Shown: positions 28,387 through 32,277 of the stretch, in pieces | Layout of the letters: each line of letters starts with the position of its first letter | Position numbering within the stretch: the first letter of the stretch is position 1 | Sequence record: SRR20825006_2897 | Strand: one strand, 5' to 3' | DNA length: 32,277 nt | Translations under genes and position numbers: made by a program | The notes under the pieces: model-generated | The model's database searches: none | Seen by the model: only the letters and a program-made list of their open reading frames with translations | Told to the model about the DNA's origin: nothing

Positions 28387-28565
28387 GCTTTTTCGATAGC
28401 TTATCGTATTTCAATTGTGCACAGTGTAGTGTGCGATTCCGTGGTTATTTCATTGCGTTGTTCTTTCAATTTTAAATGAGAGTCATCCAATTGAAATTCT
28501 TAAAAATCGAGATTCTTCTTTTCTTATTTTTTAATCACCCTGATTTGGGTATTTGATCTTTTACT

Positions 28566-30974
28566 ATGAACGTATTCCGTTTAGTGCTTTTATTAATTTT
28601 TACAGTTCAGCTTCAGGCACAAACTTGTGACTACAGCATCACTGGTGTGGTGCGTGATTTTCACGATGGAAGTGTGCTGGCAAATTCAACACTAAGCGTA
28701 AATGGGTATGATATTTACGCGCTAAGTGATTTTGATGGAAAGTACACCCTTGATGGATTGTGCGCCGGGACTTACGTTATTACGATTACCCATCCGGAAT
28801 GTGAAGTTGCTGAATTTACGGTGGAAGTGCAACGGGACCTGCAACGGGATTTTAAGTTGGAACATCACACCGAAGAACTCAACGCAGTAACTGTGCAAGG
28901 CGAAAATTTAAATCAAGGTACCATATCGGGAAGTCAAGAGGTGTTAAAGTCAGAAGTCTTAGAGCAGTACAGCAACGCCAGTTTAGGGGATGCGCTTCGG
29001 GAAGTTCCCGGAGTTTCTTCGCTGAATACCGGAAGCACAGTGGTAAAGCCTGTTATTAATGGTTTACACAGCAGTAGGGTGCTGATCATTAATAATGGTA
29101 CCAGAATGGAAGATCAAGAATGGGGTGTTGAGCACGCTCCCAATCTTGATATCAATGCTGCCGAAAATGTTACGGTGGTCAAAGGCGCTAGTGCATTACG
29201 CTATGGTGGTGACGCCGTAGGAGGAGTAATCGTTACCAATGCGCCGAAGGCTCCAGTAAAAGATACATTATATGGTAAAACTATTTTAAGTGGTGCGAGT
29301 AATGGCAGAAGCGTAGGACTAACCACCAGTTTATTGAAAGCTTATAAAAGTGGCTTTTATGTTCAAGGTCAGGGAACAGCTAAATATGCAGGGGATTTAC
29401 GCGCTCCAGATTACGTACTATCTAACACAGGCTTGAGAGAACGCGACTTTTCGGTGGGATTCGGACTGAACAAATTCACTTACGGATTTGATGCTTACTA
29501 TAGTTTTTACAATTCAGAAATAGGTATTTTAAGAGCCAGTCATATAGGTAATCTGAGTGATTTAATTCGGGCTATTAATAGCGGAGCACCTGATTACGTG
29601 CGTGATTTCACTTATGATATCAATGCTCCTAAACAAGATGTATCCCATCATTTAGCTAAACTCAGCTTCTACAAACGCTTTGAAAATGCCGGAAAGCTCA
29701 ATCTGGATTATTCTTTTCAGCAAAATAACCGAAAGGAATTTGATATTCGCCGCGGTGATGACAGTGATAAGCCCTCGCTAGACTTGAGATTGACCACACA
29801 TACGTTGTCATCAAACTTTCTTTATGATGCCATGGCGGATGTAAAAGCCAATTTTGGTGCAGAAGTTTCGTATCAAGAAAATTTTCCAGATCCCAATACA
29901 GGAATCAGAAGACTTATTCCAGATTATGAGATGTACACAGCAGGCGTGTATGCTACGGCCGATATAGATCTTTCTCCAGATTGGCGCTTAGATGGAGGGA
30001 TTAGATATGATTTTATGCAGGTAGATGCGCAGAAATATTATTTAAACAGCAGCTGGGAAAGTCGCGGGTATGAAGAGCAATTTGGTGATCTGGTGGTTAG
30101 CCGCTCAGATAGTCAGCTACTCGTGAATCCTGTTTTTGATTATCATAATTTTTCCGGGACTGTAGGCGCTCGCTACCGAATCAAGCCCAACTGGGATTTA
30201 AAATTCAACTTGAGCAGTGCCTCTCGAGCTCCTAATCCGGCGGAACTTTTTAGTGATGGTTTACACCACTCTGCAGCGATTATCGAACTCGGTGATTTGA
30301 GATTAAATCAAGAACAATCTTATAAAGCCAGTGTTGAATTTACCGGTCAAATTGATGGTTTAAGCTTTGGGATCAATCCGTATTACAACCATATTGATGA
30401 TTTTATCATTATGGAACCAAGTGGATTGCAGTATACAAATAGAGGCGCTTTTCCTGTATATCAATACGGTCAGGTCGATGCACGATTGTTTGGGGTTGAC
30501 TTGCGTGCCGCTTACGCTTTTAATGAAAACTTTGATCTGCAAACGGTATTCGCTTACGTAAACGGGCAGGATTTAGAACGTAATAGACCTTTGATAGATA
30601 TGCCTGCACCTAATGTAAACACCACCTTAGGATTTCATAAACCGGAATGGAATAATCTCAAATTAGGCTTACGTAATCAAAGTGTTTTAAAGCAAACGCG
30701 TTTTCCCGATAATGACTTTGAGGTTACTTATATCAATGATGCCGGCGAGCAAACCACCGAAAGGGTAGAGGTAAGTCGCACGCCAGAAGCATACAGCTTA
30801 TTTCATTTAACATCATCTGTTGATTTTGATGTATTTAAACAATCTACATTAACCGTAGGCTTTTATGTAGATAATATATTAAACACCGCCTATCGTGACT
30901 ACCTAAATCGTCAGCGCTATTTTGCTGATGATCTAGGACGAAACTTTAGAATTCAATTAAAATTAAATTATTAA
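28566..30974 (+). CDS. TonB-dependent receptor, probable transition-metal uptake, with N-terminal carboxypeptidase-regulatory-like domain
   Basis: Signal peptide, plug motifs LREVPGVS, KPVINGL, QEWGVEHAP, KGASALRYGGDAVGGVI, RAPNPAELFSDGLHHS, and C-terminal GRNFRIQLKLNY. Substrate inferred from His motifs. Confidence 0.93.
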   Translation: MNVFRLVLLLIFTVQLQAQTCDYSITGVVRDFHDGSVLANSTLSVNGYDIYALSDFDGKYTLDGLCAGTYVITITHPECEVAEFTVEVQRDLQRDFKLEHHTEELNAVTVQGENLNQGTISGSQEVLKSEVLEQYSNASLGDALREVPGVSSLNTGSTVVKPVINGLHSSRVLIINNGTRMEDQEWGVEHAPNLDINAAENVTVVKGASALRYGGDAVGGVIVTNAPKAPVKDTLYGKTILSGASNGRSVGLTTSLLKAYKSGFYVQGQGTAKYAGDLRAPDYVLSNTGLRERDFSVGFGLNKFTYGFDAYYSFYNSEIGILRASHIGNLSDLIRAINSGAPDYVRDFTYDINAPKQDVSHHLAKLSFYKRFENAGKLNLDYSFQQNNRKEFDIRRGDDSDKPSLDLRLTTHTLSSNFLYDAMADVKANFGAEVSYQENFPDPNTGIRRLIPDYEMYTAGVYATADIDLSPDWRLDGGIRYDFMQVDAQKYYLNSSWESRGYEEQFGDLVVSRSDSQLLVNPVFDYHNFSGTVGARYRIKPNWDLKFNLSSASRAPNPAELFSDGLHHSAAIIELGDLRLNQEQSYKASVEFTGQIDGLSFGINPYYNHIDDFIIMEPSGLQYTNRGAFPVYQYGQVDARLFGVDLRAAYAFNENFDLQTVFAYVNGQDLERNRPLIDMPAPNVNTTLGFHKPEWNNLKLGLRNQSVLKQTRFPDNDFEVTYINDAGEQTTERVEVSRTPEAYSLFHLTSSVDFDVFKQSTLTVGFYVDNILNTAYRDYLNRQRYFADDLGRNFRIQLKLNY

Positions 30975-30992
30975 CTCCTAAGTTTTTTATTT

Positions 30993-31580
30993 ATGAAAGC
31001 AACTAAATTATTTGCACTGGCTCTTGTAGCCGTAATTGGTCTTAACTCGTGTTCTTCTGATGATGATAACACGCCTGAAGAAATCAATGAAGAGGAAGTG
31101 ATCACCACAATCACCGTAACCCTTGCGCCACAAACCGGAGAAACTGTCACCTTAACGTCAAGAGATCTTGATGGAGATGGTCCTGACGCACCTGTGATCA
31201 GTATTTCTGGGGCTTTACAAGCCGGAATGCTTTATAACGGAAGTGTATTGTTAGAAAATGAAACCGAAACTCCGGCCGAAGTAATCAATGAGGAAATTCA
31301 AGAAGAAGCAGATGAGCATCAGTTTTTCTTCCAAGCTTCTTCTGACTTAAATGCTGATTTTACCTACACCGATTCAGAAAATACATATCTTAACAACGGC
31401 ATTTCTAATCCCGTAGGTTTAACCTTCAATTTACAAGCCGGAGCTGCATCTACTGGAACGTTCACGATTACTTTAAGACACGAGCCTTCTAAAGATGCAG
31501 AAGGAGTGAGCGAAGGTGATATCACAAATGCAGCCGGAGAAACAGACGTTCAGGAAAGCTTTGACATCGTGATCGAATAA
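30993..31580 (+). CDS. Acidic surface lipoprotein partner of the TBDR
   Basis: Lipobox LNS-C followed by SSDDD, with motifs EEEVITT, DLDGDG, EADEHQFFF and LRHEP. Confidence 0.85.
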   Translation: MKATKLFALALVAVIGLNSCSSDDDNTPEEINEEEVITTITVTLAPQTGETVTLTSRDLDGDGPDAPVISISGALQAGMLYNGSVLLENETETPAEVINEEIQEEADEHQFFFQASSDLNADFTYTDSENTYLNNGISNPVGLTFNLQAGAASTGTFTITLRHEPSKDAEGVSEGDITNAAGETDVQESFDIVIE

Positions 31581-31635
31581 TTTTAGACCGTGAACCAATT
31601 AATTGCCTTAGGGTTTTAGACGCTTTGGTGGTTAT

Positions 31636-31680
31636 AAATAAAAAAAGCGCTGCAATTGAATTGCAGCGCTTTTTTTATTT
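31636..31680. terminator. Bidirectional intrinsic terminator
   Basis: Perfect 22-bp inverted repeat aaataaaaaaagcgctgcaatt-g-aattgcagcgctttttttattt. Confidence 0.92.
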
Positions 31681-31701
31681 TCACTTTTAGGAGGTAAACT
31701 C

Positions 31702-32277
31702 TTATCCTAGATAAGTTTTAAGCACTTTACTTCTAGAGGTATGGCGCAATCTACGAATACCTTTCTCACGTATTTGACGTACACGCTCGCGGCTTAAATC
31801 AAACATTTCTCCAATTTCTTGAAGGGTATGAGGCTGTTCGCCACCAAGACCATAGTTTAATTTTATAACATCAGACTCTCGTGGAGAAAGTGTTTCAAGC
31901 GCACGCTCAATTTCGGTACCTAATGATTCTTGCATTAAATCTGCATCCGGGTTAGGAGATTCACCAGATTTTAATACATCATAAAGGTTAGAGTCGTTTT
32001 CGCCTTCTTTAAAAGGTGCATCCATTGAAAGATTTCGACCTGAGTTTTTCATTGCTAATTTTACTTTAGCAACCGTCATGTCTAACTCTTTTGCGATTTC
32101 TTCAGCAGATGGTGGGCGCTCTAAGCTTTGCTCTAAATAAGAAAATGCCTTATTTATTTTACTTATCGTACCAATTTTGTTTAGGGGTAAACGCACCGTT
32201 CTTGAATGCTCAGAAATAGCTTGTAAGATCGACTGACGAATCCACCATACGGCGTACGAAATAAATTTAAAACCACG
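31702..32277 (-). CDS. RpoD/SigA-family sigma-70 factor, 5' part outside the window
   Basis: The frame stays open to the window end: RGFKFISYAVWWIRQSILQAISEHSRTVRLP (region 2), PSAEEIA (region 3) and TLQEIGEMFDLSRERVRQI (region 4.2). Confidence 0.93.
   Translation of the reverse strand, partial: RGFKFISYAVWWIRQSILQAISEHSRTVRLPLNKIGTISKINKAFSYLEQSLERPPSAEEIAKELDMTVAKVKLAMKNSGRNLSMDAPFKEGENDSNLYDVLKSGESPNPDADLMQESLGTEIERALETLSPRESDVIKLNYGLGGEQPHTLQEIGEMFDLSRERVRQIREKGIRRLRHTSRSKVLKTYLG

Noticed and set aside
28387-28565. Cobalamin, TPP or NiCo riboswitch upstream of the TBDR
   Set aside because: No B12-box/GGGAA-GCCACUG, no CUGAGA, and no clear four-way junction consensus.
28829-28851. Short direct repeat gcaacgggac-ct-gcaacgggat in the TBDR
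   Set aside because: It is an in-frame 12-nt period duplication (QRDL/QRDF), too short to imply a function.
368-30561. Short alternative ORFs in the supplied track (e.g. 942-1289, 3484-3828, 5720-6226, 27401-27745)
   Set aside because: All overlap well-supported genes, in antisense or shifted frames, and show no recognisable motifs.

Overview
Chromosomal window from a Flavobacteriaceae-type Bacteroidetes. The assignment rests on TAnnTTTG -7 promoter boxes, A-rich SD-less starts, and the nusB-DUF1573-yajC and ABC-DUF3276 synteny. It holds about 28 genes: a secreted YyaL-like thioredoxin protein, a Tat-exported PaoABC-type molybdo-flavo aldehyde oxidoreductase with a convergent xdhC, GH15, an FGE-like lipoprotein, GH43, a Bcr/CflA MFS pump, an M14 peptidase, DUF3276, an ABC exporter, nusB, yajC, two Tat-targeted ferritin-like proteins, a DedA-DUF3817-VanX cluster, an SDR, an SF2 helicase, DUF2490, a metal-type TonB-dependent receptor with a surface lipoprotein, and the 3' part of a sigma-70 gene. 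No transposase, tRNA/rRNA or CRISPR array was seen. The most notable unexplained signals are: (1) a probably leaderless signal-peptide/HxxC/KAPP upstream ORF that looks like a variant metal-sensing ribosome-arrest regulator of the TonB receptor operon; (2) a SAM-II long-loop-like riboswitch with no downstream gene, sitting between the convergent paoC and xdhC; (3) a boxA-like element directly before nusB; (4) an ECF-type promoter upstream of the ferritin-like pair; (5) heptamer tandem repeats at the left edge. All calls were made by eye, and no database searches were run.
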